From contig DCHW01000026.1 in NCBI GenBank assembly GCA_002314935.1, positions 1-47,508 on the forward strand: a DNA stretch of 47,508 nt, given 5' to 3'. The stretch comes from Clostridiales bacterium UBA1742. GTDB taxonomy: Bacteria > Bacillota > Clostridia > TANB77 > CAG-508. A model generated the notes under the pieces. That model was not told the DNA's origin and searched no databases. It worked only from the letters and a program-made list of their open reading frames with translations. The position numbers and the translations under genes are program-made. Below are positions 33,095 to 43,352 of the stretch, one piece after another (position 1 is the stretch's first letter; each line of letters begins with the position of its first letter).

Positions 33095-34621
33095 ATGAGT
33101 AGAGCTATAGGAAATTGGTTACTTATTGTTATAGTAGCAGTTGTATCAATTATAGTAGCGGCTTTAATAATATCTGATATTACTGTAAAAGTTACATTTA
33201 ATAGTAATGGAGGATCATCTGTTTCAAGTCAAAATGTAATTAAAGGTAAAAAAATTATTGAACCAGAAATACCAGCTGGACCAGATGGACTAGAATTTGT
33301 TGGTTGGTTTTATAATGATGTACAGTGGAATTTTAATGAAGATACTGTAAAAGGAGATATGGAACTTGTTGCAAGATGGAATTGGGACGGAAAAACAGCT
33401 AATTATGATTGGTTTACTAAAAGCGAGTATGAAAAAACAGAGGATTTTTATATAAGTAATGGTGCAGAATTATATGCATTAGCACAACTTGTAAGAGAAG
33501 AAAATTCTGTGAATTTTGAAGAAAAAAATATTATTTTAACAAAAGATATATACATTAATGGAAAAGAGTGGACTCCAATAGGTACTGAAACTATTGCTTT
33601 TAAAGGAAACATAATAGGACAAAATCATAAAATTTCAGGTCTTACTATAACAGATGAAAATCAAAATATTACAGGTTGGGATGCTGCTCTATTTGGATCT
33701 ATAGAAGGTTCAAAAACTAAAGCAGTAGTTATTAATGATTTAATAGTGGAAAATGTAAATATTAGTCTTAATAAAAAAGATGGAAGTAATTATGCAGGAA
33801 CAGCAGTAGCTGGTATTATAAAAAATGTAAATGTTTACAATGTAATTGCAACAGGAAAAATTAATGTAAATACTAATGCTAGTACTGTAGCAGGAATGTT
33901 TTTAGTTAATGAAGATACTGTTAAAATGGAAAATGTTATAAACAATGTTGAAATTTCTGGAACAAGATATAATGCAACAACTTCAGCAAGTGCATATTTT
34001 ATTTTAGGCGGAATAACAGGCCAAATAGCAGGAGATGGTCCGTTTTATTATAATAATTGTGTAAACAATGCAAATATAATAATGGATAATCCATTTAAAG
34101 ATGATTTAACTGAAAATATAGGAGGATATGTTCCAGAAACAATAGCGGGACATATTGTGGGGCAAACAGCAGCTTTTTCAAAATTAAGAGTAGTATTTGA
34201 TAATTGTACAAAATCAGAAAATGCTTTGATTTATGGATCACATTTATATAAAATAGTATCAGATTCTAATGGATATAAATTTGAATTTGTAAATCAAGCA
34301 GTAATGCAAGGGAAAAGATATATAGACGAAACAAATACTATAGATTATGGTTATACTTATATTACTGGAGATAAAGATATAAGTTTTAAATATGGAAATG
34401 AAACAATATATTTTGTACCAACAGATACTGTTTTTAATTTGGATACAATTAATGAAGATTATAAAACTAAAGGTACAGTTGGATTTGTAGATAAAGATAA
34501 TTGCTTTTATTCAACTAAAGTTGCAACTACAGAAGAAGATATAAGAGTTGTTGCAGGTGGAAAATGGCTAGTAAGTTATAGTCCGGGAGACCATGCAATA
34601 ATTTATACATTTGATAAATAA
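33095..34621 (+). CDS. Surface protein with InlB B-repeat (Flg_new) and GLUG-type beta-helix region
   Basis: N-terminal TM, VTFNSNGGS...FVGWF...LVARW repeat, then ISNGAEL..LTKDI..WTPIG..FKG..ISGL. Confidence 0.78.
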   Translation: MSRAIGNWLLIVIVAVVSIIVAALIISDITVKVTFNSNGGSSVSSQNVIKGKKIIEPEIPAGPDGLEFVGWFYNDVQWNFNEDTVKGDMELVARWNWDGKTANYDWFTKSEYEKTEDFYISNGAELYALAQLVREENSVNFEEKNIILTKDIYINGKEWTPIGTETIAFKGNIIGQNHKISGLTITDENQNITGWDAALFGSIEGSKTKAVVINDLIVENVNISLNKKDGSNYAGTAVAGIIKNVNVYNVIATGKINVNTNASTVAGMFLVNEDTVKMENVINNVEISGTRYNATTSASAYFILGGITGQIAGDGPFYYNNCVNNANIIMDNPFKDDLTENIGGYVPETIAGHIVGQTAAFSKLRVVFDNCTKSENALIYGSHLYKIVSDSNGYKFEFVNQAVMQGKRYIDETNTIDYGYTYITGDKDISFKYGNETIYFVPTDTVFNLDTINEDYKTKGTVGFVDKDNCFYSTKVATTEEDIRVVAGGKWLVSYSPGDHAIIYTFDK

Positions 34622-34637
34622 AAGAAAAAACAGGTAA

Positions 34638-35195
34638 TTAGCCTGTTTTTTCTTTTTTATATAGAGCATCCATTTTATTCCAGAAGGAATATAACTGCTC
34701 TGAGGGAGCTTGCAAATTTAGAGATTTTTGTTTAAGTTTGTTAAAAGTTTCTTCAGTAATTATTTGTTTTGCTATTGCTGTGAGAATAATTTTATCAAGC
34801 AAATGGGAATCAATGCAATAATATCTACAAAAAGATTTTTTGCTTAATGGACTGTTTGAATAAAGAATTGTCCAATGAAGTATTTCTTTTTCTTTTGGTA
34901 AATATTTTTGACGCTCAATAATAAGATGGGCATATTTCTTTTTCGACCGAATGCCAGCAGCTTCGCCTGCTTTAGCAGTAGAATTAAAAACAGCTTTTCT
35001 TACAATTAGTGAAATTGTTTTGTCATTAACTGCACCGATAATTATGGCTTTGGCAAGTAAATTATAAAAAGTACTACTACTTATATTATATTCTTGCTCA
35101 AAGAATTGATGAGAACATGCAAATTCTGTTTCGGCATATTGCCTAGCAAGTTCTGCCATTTGTACCCGGGAAAAATTTTTAACAGTTCTTTTCAT
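34638..35195 (-). CDS. Hypothetical protein with two tandem HTH-like repeats
   Basis: RBS AGGAGG before MKRTV. Internal repeat Y....S...F...Y.I.....I/L..AI. Contains two in-frame CGG codons. Confidence 0.65.
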   Translation of the reverse strand: MKRTVKNFSRVQMAELARQYAETEFACSHQFFEQEYNISSSTFYNLLAKAIIIGAVNDKTISLIVRKAVFNSTAKAGEAAGIRSKKKYAHLIIERQKYLPKEKEILHWTILYSNSPLSKKSFCRYYCIDSHLLDKIILTAIAKQIITEETFNKLKQKSLNLQAPSEQLYSFWNKMDALYKKEKTG

Positions 35196-35333
35196 AATTA
35201 GCGCCCTCCTAAAAATTAGTAAAAAAATTATATAACAACGCAACAATTATGTCAACAATAGTTGACATAATTGTAATAAAGAATGTATAATAAATAAAGC
35301 AAAGTTTTTATTAAATAACAAAGGAGACTTATT

Positions 35334-35630
35334 ATGAATGAAGAGTTAAAAACAATGCTTGATGAATACTTTGTTACAGGTAATGGATTTTCATTATATG
35401 TAGAAAGCAGCGAAATGGCGGAAACTATTTTATTACAGAATGGTTTTAAACGGATTAATTTAAACAACGTAAAGAAAAAAAGAAAAAAGGCAATTATTGG
35501 TATGTTTAAAGAAGGTTATAGAACATATTATAATTCGCAAACTAAAAACAAGTTAGCATTTATAGGATATTCGGTTTTACGAGTAACTTATATTAATGGA
35601 AAAAAAGCTGTTTTAGTATATGTAATGTAA
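35334..35630 (+). CDS. Hypothetical protein
   Basis: 98 aa with AAGGAG RBS and a downstream terminator. Contains an in-frame CGG at 35451. Confidence 0.65.
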   Translation: MNEELKTMLDEYFVTGNGFSLYVESSEMAETILLQNGFKRINLNNVKKKRKKAIIGMFKEGYRTYYNSQTKNKLAFIGYSVLRVTYINGKKAVLVYVM

Positions 35631-35635
35631 AAGAC

Positions 35636-35666
35636 AAAAAAGGTAGTAATGTTTTACTACCTTTTT
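35636..35666 (+). terminator. Intrinsic terminator
   Basis: aaaaaggtagtaa-tgtt-ttactaccttttt. Confidence 0.7.
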
Positions 35667-35893
35667 CTTTTAATTATATTATTTGTTAGTTACAATAATT
35701 TTTGCAAAATTATATATTAAAAATAATAAAAAGAAATTAAAAATTCAGATGTGTTATATTTGTTAAAAGATTTTTACTTAAGGCTTTTAAAACTGCTACC
35801 TTAATTAGAGATTTTTTAATAGAACAAACAATGATTTTATTGAACAATTTAGTATTTATTCTATAGTATCTACAATAATAAAAGTTAAATAGT

Positions 35894-35928
35894 AAAAAAT
35901 ACCAGTAGCTAAAACTACTGGTATTTTT
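35894..35928 (-). terminator. Original tRNA-Pro terminator, displaced by the element
   Basis: aaaaataccagtag-ctaaaa-ctactggtattttt just beyond the duplicated tRNA 3' end. Confidence 0.7.
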
Positions 35929-35937
35929 ATATTTTAT

Positions 35938-35949
35938 TGGTCGGGGTGA
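35938..35949. repeat. att core (duplicate of the tRNA-Pro 3' end)
   Basis: Identical to 47335-47346. Confidence 0.88.
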
Positions 35950-36091
35950 AAAGATTACTAAAAATGCTATTTCCCTCTTATAATCAACATTTTCCATATT
36001 GTTTTTCAAATTGCGGAGCGAATTTGCGGAATATTTAGTACTTTATAAGCCTTAAAATTCTAACAAATTCACTGCAATTTTATCTTTTGTT

Positions 36092-37459
36092 TTATGCTTT
36101 TAAATAATATTCATTAAATAAATTGTGTTCTTTCATATAATTAACAAAGTTTTCATTTTCTGAATCAATGAAATGTCGGTCAACATCAATATAATATTTA
36201 TTTGTTATTTGAATGTCTGCATGACCTAATATCTTTTGTAAAACAATAGGTGGCATTTTAGCTTCAGCACATCTTGTTGCAAAGGTTCCTCTTAGCATAT
36301 GGGTATGAACTTGAGTTTTCGTTTTTCCATCTACATCTACATACAAATAAATATCTAGCTTAAATGCAATTCGCTTGATAGCAGAATTTATTGTGCCTTC
36401 TGCATAAAATCCCCCAGTTGTGTTTTCTGGGTTATAGAATAGTAAATTAAACTTATTCTTTTCTACATGAGCTAAACATTCATTAAGATATTTTAAAGCA
36501 ATATCACTTAAATGAATTGTTCTTCTACCTGTTGGTGTTTTAGTATCTAATCCAATACAGTCTTTTCCATTTTCATCTTTGGTAATTGTTTTAGTAATAG
36601 TAATTGATTTGTTTTCTAGATCAATATCTTTCTTATAATCCAAAGATAAAGCTTCTCCAATTCTCATACCAGTTGTAAGCAATAGTAAGAATAAATTTTT
36701 GTGTTTACAATTATAGATAGGTGTAGTTTCAAGATAATCTACAAGCTTTTTTTCTTTATCTAATGTAAGTGCAATTACATCAGGTACAACTTTAATTACT
36801 TTTGTTCTAGGCTTTTGAATAGCATTATAACCGCTCATAAAATTATCTCTAATCATATTTTGACTATAAGCGTAATCAAAAGCTCTTTTAATAATTCTAA
36901 ACCTTTCTTTAATTGTAGTTGGAGAATATTCAGCAAGCTCATTTAAATAGTCAATAATTTCCATTCTACTAACTTTGTTAATAGGTTTTGTAGTAAAAGA
37001 TTCCTTTTCAATCATTTTTAAGTTTGTAGTGTTTTTGTTATGAGTATTGCTATTAATTTTATGAAGTTTGTAGTCTTCCATATAAAGAGGTCTAGCAATA
37101 TCCATAATAGATAAATTGGTTTTACTAATTATTCTTGGTCCACCATTTTTATCAATGTTAAGCTTTGCCTCTAATGCAAGATTTAAAGCTTCTTCTTCAG
37201 TATCTGCAACAAATGTCTTTTTTAATTCTTTCCCTGTTATAGTATCTCTACCTAAAGCCACAGTAGCTTTACTTGTCTGAGAAAAGTAAAACAAATTGCA
37301 TCCACTATTTTTACAAATATGCATTCTTTCCAAACTATCTGCTAATTGATAAGGTTTACTTTTACATATATTGCAATTTTCACATACACTTTTATCAACA
37401 TTCTTTTTAGGCCTGATAGAAGGGTATGTGCCATAAGTTATTCCATTAATTTTACTCAT
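36092..37459 (-). CDS. int: Tyrosine recombinase/integrase
   Basis: TGMRIGE, KT, HMLR, LGH and YY catalytic residues. Confidence 0.95.
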   Translation of the reverse strand: MSKINGITYGTYPSIRPKKNVDKSVCENCNICKSKPYQLADSLERMHICKNSGCNLFYFSQTSKATVALGRDTITGKELKKTFVADTEEEALNLALEAKLNIDKNGGPRIISKTNLSIMDIARPLYMEDYKLHKINSNTHNKNTTNLKMIEKESFTTKPINKVSRMEIIDYLNELAEYSPTTIKERFRIIKRAFDYAYSQNMIRDNFMSGYNAIQKPRTKVIKVVPDVIALTLDKEKKLVDYLETTPIYNCKHKNLFLLLLTTGMRIGEALSLDYKKDIDLENKSITITKTITKDENGKDCIGLDTKTPTGRRTIHLSDIALKYLNECLAHVEKNKFNLLFYNPENTTGGFYAEGTINSAIKRIAFKLDIYLYVDVDGKTKTQVHTHMLRGTFATRCAEAKMPPIVLQKILGHADIQITNKYYIDVDRHFIDSENENFVNYMKEHNLFNEYYLKA

Positions 37460-37630
37460 TTTAAAAATCCTTTCTATGATAAAATTAAAGGAAAACTATT
37501 GCTATATTAAGATTTTATGCTATAATTATATTAGATTAAGAAACATATAGCAAGGTCTTCCTTGTAATTTTATATGAGTTTAAAAAGTCTCTTTTGAAGG
37601 TTTAAATGTTCCATATTTAAATCTTCTTTT

Positions 37631-37819
37631 TTATTCATTTGTTTGGATATTTTTAAAATACTCTTTAAAAGATTCCTCCATAACAAGCCAAGACTTACCA
37701 ATTTTTTTAGCTGGAAAATCTTTTTTATGGAATAACTCTAAACAAGTTTGATTACCTATCTTTAGTGCTTGTCTAATATCTTTTGTTTCTAAAAATATAG
37801 TTCCATTAAGTGTTTTCAT
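37631..37819 (-). CDS. xis: Excisionase-like winged-HTH protein
   Basis: 62 aa with DFPAKKIGKSWLV, directly upstream of the integrase. Confidence 0.8.
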   Translation of the reverse strand: MKTLNGTIFLETKDIRQALKIGNQTCLELFHKKDFPAKKIGKSWLVMEESFKEYFKNIQTNE

Positions 37820-38223
37820 AAGCAGTTCTCCTTTCGTTTAGTGTAATAATTAATACCTAAAAGATAGATACTTTGTCTTTCATTGGAATTTCACCACTCC
37901 GCAATTTTGCCGAGTTACCCTCATTGCGTGCGACGGCTCATCAGTCGATTACTCTGACTTCAACGCTCAAGCTGTGACTAGGTAAAAGTTTCATTATACG
38001 TTGTAAAATATTATATGATGTTCCCAAAATCTAGAACATATTTGTAAATGTTCAAAAGATTTATGCAATTCTCTTGACTATCATTAATAAAAAGTTTATA
38101 ATCGATAGTGAGAAAAGACAACAAAACCTTTTAAGTTACTCACATTATATATTGAGATTTGTAAAATGTCAACAAATTTTCAAATATATTTTTATTTTTC
38201 TCACAAGAAAGGAAGAATTACCC

Positions 38224-39327
38224 ATGAAATTATTTAATATAGCTGTTCCAAAAGATAGTATTTCAATGATTTTAGATCCAGCTGGAGATGTTGAAAATTA
38301 TAATACTACAATATTTTTATATAAATCAAAAATAGAATTAGCAGATAAAGACAATGAATTTTCAAAACATATAGTATTGGATTTAGACAAAAAAAATAAA
38401 AATGAAAAAATTATGAAATTTATGTGTAATCAAAAATATGGGACATTTTTATTAGATTTTTTGAATGCAGACTTTTCAACTGCCGAAAATGCATATAATA
38501 CATTTTTTGTATATTATGGAATTGAAGGAATTGGAAGTTTAGATGATATAAAAAGAAAATATGCCATTGAGTATTCTACAAGATATGTATCAACTAAGAA
38601 ATTTCTAGATTATTATTCTAAAGTGTATGAACTTATTAGCATGGATTATATAAAATACCAAAACGATTTAAGAAAAACTGTGGATTTTGTTTTTGATTTA
38701 CATGAACATAAAAGTACCAAAAATATAGATAAATATTCTAAATTTATGGCTTATTCTTCGGCTATTAATTTAACTGGTCAATTTTACTCACAAATAAGAT
38801 TAGGAATGGTTAGAAGTTTAGCTAAAGAGTTACCTAATGAAATGAGTATTAAACAATTAGAAAAATTAGCTTTAGATATTGCAAATAAGAAAACTCGTAA
38901 AGCAATAGTATATGTTTATGAGAGTACATCTTTTTTTGCACTTACATATGTTGCGTTAAATGACTTAATACAAAATACCAAAAGAAATATAAGTGTATGC
39001 CAAAATTGTGGAAGATATTATCTTCAATACTCTGGAAAAGAAATATATTGTGAACTTCCAAATCAAGATGGAAGTCCAACTTGCAAGTCTTATGCTTCAA
39101 GAAAAGCTTATGATATAAAAATAGTAGAAGATACAGCAGAACTTGCATATAAAAGAGAATATCAAAGAAGAATGACAAAAGTATATCGCGCAAGTGAAGT
39201 AGTAAAACCTGTAATGAGAATGGAATTTAATTCATGGAAAGATAAAGCAAGAAAACAATTAAAACTATATAGACAAAATAAAATAACAGCTGATGAATTG
39301 TGCAATTGGCTAGATAAAAATAAATAA
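38224..39327 (+). CDS. Hypothetical protein with C-terminal Cys cluster (DUF6076-like)
   Basis: CQNCGRYY...YC...TC motif followed by a basic helix, divergent from xis-int. Confidence 0.7.
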   Translation: MKLFNIAVPKDSISMILDPAGDVENYNTTIFLYKSKIELADKDNEFSKHIVLDLDKKNKNEKIMKFMCNQKYGTFLLDFLNADFSTAENAYNTFFVYYGIEGIGSLDDIKRKYAIEYSTRYVSTKKFLDYYSKVYELISMDYIKYQNDLRKTVDFVFDLHEHKSTKNIDKYSKFMAYSSAINLTGQFYSQIRLGMVRSLAKELPNEMSIKQLEKLALDIANKKTRKAIVYVYESTSFFALTYVALNDLIQNTKRNISVCQNCGRYYLQYSGKEIYCELPNQDGSPTCKSYASRKAYDIKIVEDTAELAYKREYQRRMTKVYRASEVVKPVMRMEFNSWKDKARKQLKLYRQNKITADELCNWLDKNK

Positions 39328-39559
39328 AAAAATTAAACTAATTGCCACCACACATATTGACTTGTGGTGGTAATTAGTTTAAAACATTTAGGGATAAGAA
39401 GAAATTAAGAAAAGAATTTGATAAATGGAAAAAACAAGCAAAGCAAGAGTTAAGGAATATAAGCAAGAGAGAATAACAGAAAATGAGTTATATAAGCGGA
39501 TAAGTAATAATAAAAGAGAATGGGATACGCGACAAAAATAATGTTTTTTCACAAAAATA

Positions 39560-39588
39560 TTGACAAGAGATTTTTGCAATAGTATAAT
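39560..39588 (+). promoter_or_regulatory. Consensus sigma-A promoter of the cargo operon
   Basis: TTGACA-17 bp-TATAAT. Confidence 0.75.
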
Positions 39589-39623
39589 ACAAATATAAAG
39601 AAAAACAGAAAGGTCGATGTACT

Positions 39624-40226
39624 ATGAATGCAGAAAAATTTTTAAAAAATGAAATTCCATATGGAGTAAGGCAAAAACTAATAGGCACATTATCTAGAGC
39701 TTATGCAGATACTGAGAATTTAAAGTTATCAGATTCAGCATTTAACTCAAATAAAGGTAATGAAACACTTACTTATATACGAAATCTAAAGGTTGAAGAA
39801 CAAATAAAAAATGAAATTGAAAATAATTTTTTACCTTTTGGGTATAAAGAATGTAAAAATTATGCTGAAAATTGTACACATTATGAATTTGGAACAAAAA
39901 ATGCTATTGTTACAGTTTCTAGAGTTCAAAAAGAGAATATGCTACCAAGAAAGGCAATATTTAGAGAGAATTTATCATTTAACAATCAAATTTCTCTTTT
40001 TGATGATGAAGAAGCAACAACAAGTAAGAAACATATCCTATTAACTCACGTATGTGAAGATGGCAAGCTAAAAAGTCTAATGTTAGGAATACCATCAGTT
40101 GATGGAAAAACATGGGAGTATAATTTGAATTTATTAAAAGAATTCAATGTTATAGAGAACACTGAAGAAGAATTACCTGCAACTACATTAAGAATTAGAA
40201 AAGTTGTTAAGGAAGGGAAAAATTAA
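39624..40226 (+). CDS. Hypothetical protein, translationally coupled to the HTH-metallopeptidase
   Basis: 200-aa ORF with TAATG overlap to the next gene. Confidence 0.75.
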   Translation: MNAEKFLKNEIPYGVRQKLIGTLSRAYADTENLKLSDSAFNSNKGNETLTYIRNLKVEEQIKNEIENNFLPFGYKECKNYAENCTHYEFGTKNAIVTVSRVQKENMLPRKAIFRENLSFNNQISLFDDEEATTSKKHILLTHVCEDGKLKSLMLGIPSVDGKTWEYNLNLLKEFNVIENTEEELPATTLRIRKVVKEGKN

Positions 40227-41401
40227 TGTTAAAAGAAAATAAAAATTTAAAAATAGTTCCTGAAAAATTAAAAGAGGCAAGATTGTCAAGAGGATATACA
40301 GTTACTTCTCTAGCTGAAAAAATAGGAGTTCTAAAACAAACTATTTCGAAATATGAATTAGGACAATGTTCACCTAGTTATGAAATTATGATAAAGTATT
40401 GTAATTTGCTAAATTTTGATATTAACTTTTTTTTATTCAACAATGAAGAAAATAATGATAATTATGGAACGATTTTCTTTAGAAGCCTAAAGTCAGCAGA
40501 GAGTCAAGTTAGAGAGGAAATAAAAATAAGAATAAAATGGGCGAATTTAATTTATAAATATATAGATGAATTTATTGAATTTCCAAAATTAAACTTGCCA
40601 GATTTTGATTCCAAATTACAGGAAGACTTAGATTTATACAAGATAGAAGAAATTGCAGATACACTTAGAAAATATTGGAATGTAAGTAATGGACCTATAA
40701 ATAATTTTTCTGTTTTATTGGAACAAAATGGGATAATATTATGTAATAGTAATATTAATGATGTGAAAGTTGACGCATGCTCAGAGGTTATTAATAATAC
40801 AGCAATATTTTTTATTAGAACAAATGATATTTCTGCATGCAGATTAAGATTTGATTTAGCACACGAATTAGGGCACTTAATCCTTCATTCTAGTATAACA
40901 AAAGAGGAATTAGAGAACAAAGAACTTCTTGATAAAATAGAAAGAGAAGCGAATATGTTTGCTAGTGCATTTTTGTTGCCTAGAGAAGAATTTAGTAATG
41001 AAGTGTTAGCTTTATCATTAGACCATTTTGTTAATTTAAAAGCTAGATGGAAAGTATCAATAGCAGCAATGATATATAGATGTAAGGAACTAGGAATTTT
41101 TAATGATAGTCAAGTATTATATCTTAGAAAACAGATAAGTTTAAAAAAATGGAGAACTATAGAGCCATTAGATGATGTTATTGCAATAGAAAAACCAAAA
41201 TTATTATCAAATGCTATAAAATTACTAATAGTTAATAGCTTACAAAGTAAAGATCAGATAAATAAAGGAGTTAATATTCCTAAGCAAGATTTGCTAGTTT
41301 TATCAAATTTGCCATTGGATTATCTTGATGAAGAGATAGATTTAAAAATTAAGAAGAAAGTTTTAAATATTAATGATTTTAAATTAGAAAGTAATGAGTA
41401 A
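40226..41401 (+). CDS. XRE HTH fused to ImmA/IrrE (M78) metallopeptidase
   Basis: N-terminal HTH, RFDLAHELGHLILH and EREANMFASAFLLP. Confidence 0.92.
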   Translation: MLKENKNLKIVPEKLKEARLSRGYTVTSLAEKIGVLKQTISKYELGQCSPSYEIMIKYCNLLNFDINFFLFNNEENNDNYGTIFFRSLKSAESQVREEIKIRIKWANLIYKYIDEFIEFPKLNLPDFDSKLQEDLDLYKIEEIADTLRKYWNVSNGPINNFSVLLEQNGIILCNSNINDVKVDACSEVINNTAIFFIRTNDISACRLRFDLAHELGHLILHSSITKEELENKELLDKIEREANMFASAFLLPREEFSNEVLALSLDHFVNLKARWKVSIAAMIYRCKELGIFNDSQVLYLRKQISLKKWRTIEPLDDVIAIEKPKLLSNAIKLLIVNSLQSKDQINKGVNIPKQDLLVLSNLPLDYLDEEIDLKIKKKVLNINDFKLESNE

Positions 41402-42098
41402 AAAGAAGCAGGTGATTAAAATAAAAAGAAGGCTAAATATATTTATAGATGAAAGTGGAGATTTTGGATTTACAAAGGGAAGTTCAGAATTATATGGTGT
41501 TTCATTTACAATACATGAAAGTGATGACTCAATAACAAGTGATTTGGAATACTTAAATAATAGATTAAAAAAAGCTAATTATGATGGAATGATACATTTA
41601 GCAGATTTAATTGCAAGACGTGGAGATTATGCTCATTTTAATCTAAAACAAAGAAAAGAAATTTTTTGGTCTATATTTTATTTTTCAAAAAGAGTAAAAG
41701 TAAAGATACATACAATTATAGTTGATAAAAGATTTAAAAATAATAAAACACAATTACACATGGAATTAGCAGGAAAGATAAATGAATTTTTCAATTCAAT
41801 ATCAGATTATATGAATGAATTTGACAGAGTAGTTGTTTATTATGATAATGGACAAGATTCATTAGGTGCTATAATTGATACTCTTTTACTTAACAAAACA
41901 AATGTTGAACACAGAATAGAATTTAATCACAAAGAGAAAAGACTATTCCAAGTATCTGATATGTTAACATTTATAGATAAAATTGTATATAAACATAACA
42001 ATAATATGCCTATGACAAAAGCTGAACAATACTTTTTTAGTGTAAAAGATATTTTAGGAATAATAAGACAATTAAAACCTAAAAGATTATATAAATAA
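41394..42098 (+). CDS. DUF3800 family protein (predicted RNase H-like fold)
   Basis: IFIDESGD near the N-terminus, YYDNG, and LFQVSD near the C-terminus. Confidence 0.82.
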   Translation: MSKKKQVIKIKRRLNIFIDESGDFGFTKGSSELYGVSFTIHESDDSITSDLEYLNNRLKKANYDGMIHLADLIARRGDYAHFNLKQRKEIFWSIFYFSKRVKVKIHTIIVDKRFKNNKTQLHMELAGKINEFFNSISDYMNEFDRVVVYYDNGQDSLGAIIDTLLLNKTNVEHRIEFNHKEKRLFQVSDMLTFIDKIVYKHNNNMPMTKAEQYFFSVKDILGIIRQLKPKRLYK

Positions 42099-42205
42099 AA
42101 AGCCATTCTTTCGAATGACTTTTTGCGACGCTCAGCGTCTACACGGGTTTGGTCCTTTTGAGACCAAAGTAGAATAATATCTACAATAAATATTATTCCA
42201 TAATT
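42097..42205 (-). ncRNA. Candidate structured RNA directly downstream of the DUF3800 gene
   Basis: Four consecutive hairpins in a locally GC-richer segment. A possible minus-strand promoter (TGTACT-17-TATAAT) lies at 42212-42240. Strand is inferred. Confidence 0.5.
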
Positions 42206-42469
42206 TATTTAATTATACACTAAATTTAAGAAAAAGTACATAATTTTTTAAAAAAAGTATAAATTTTTTAAAAATTATATAAATATAGTAAATGAAGATG
42301 GAACAGAAAAACCACTTGCTAATAATACTATTAAAATAGCTGATATAAGTAATAATATGTAATGATACAATTATATTCACTTTCACAAAAAATTTGCAAA
42401 AAAATTATAGAAATGTTATAATTAGTTTAGTTATTATTAATATATTTTTATATTATAAGGAGAAAAAAT

Positions 42470-43348
42470 ATGGAACAATTATCAAGTCAGGATAAAAAAG
42501 AATTATTTATGAGCATGGTACAAAAAGCAAAAGATGGTACATTAGACATGATGAGAATGACAAAATCTAGAGAGTATGATGAAACATATAGTAAATTAGA
42601 AAATAACAATGGACCATTCGGATTAGTAGTTGGAGGAATTACTAAAGATGGAAAAGTTTCAGTTTATCTTGCAGAATTAATGTATAAACAACTTCCAAGT
42701 GATATGGTGGGCGGTTCAATGATTTCATCTTTGGAACTTGAAGAGTCTGAGTTAAGTGATTTTTTAGATAGATTTTATGATATGAATAATATGGAAATAT
42801 TAAATGAATTTTTTAAAAATCAACCTGATTATGTAAAAAATGCTAGTCTTCAAGAATATAAAGATAATGGATACAATCGCTTTTATAATAGATTATTAAC
42901 ACTTAATGGTTTAGATTACTTAACTCAAGATGGAACAAACTTGGCAGAACCACCAAGACATGATTTATATGAGCTTGAAAATGGATTAGAAATAAAATTA
43001 AAAGACGATAAGCCTTATATATTATTTGAAATAGAAGGTGATGTTGCGCTATATGATATTACTACTGGTGAGTTCAAAAAGGCATTTAAAGATTCTAAAT
43101 ATGAAGAATATTCGTCAGCATTTTTACAATCAGTTGAAAATTTACCTAGAATATATGAAGCTATTACAAAAGGTACATATAGAAGAGAAGATTTTATGAC
43201 TGTGATACAGACTCAAGGAAAACAAACCCCTTTACAACAAAAAGAAGCAGAATTATCTAAATTAGAGAATGAAGAAAAAACAATTTCTAAAGCAGAAGCT
43301 TTAAAAGATAAACAAAATGCAAAAGAAGGTCAAAATATAGGAGAGTAA
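42470..43348 (+). CDS. Hypothetical acidic protein
   Basis: 292-aa ORF with AAGGAG RBS and C-terminal coiled coil. Confidence 0.7.
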   Translation: MEQLSSQDKKELFMSMVQKAKDGTLDMMRMTKSREYDETYSKLENNNGPFGLVVGGITKDGKVSVYLAELMYKQLPSDMVGGSMISSLELEESELSDFLDRFYDMNNMEILNEFFKNQPDYVKNASLQEYKDNGYNRFYNRLLTLNGLDYLTQDGTNLAEPPRHDLYELENGLEIKLKDDKPYILFEIEGDVALYDITTGEFKKAFKDSKYEEYSSAFLQSVENLPRIYEAITKGTYRREDFMTVIQTQGKQTPLQQKEAELSKLENEEKTISKAEALKDKQNAKEGQNIGE

Positions 43349-43352
43349 TTTT

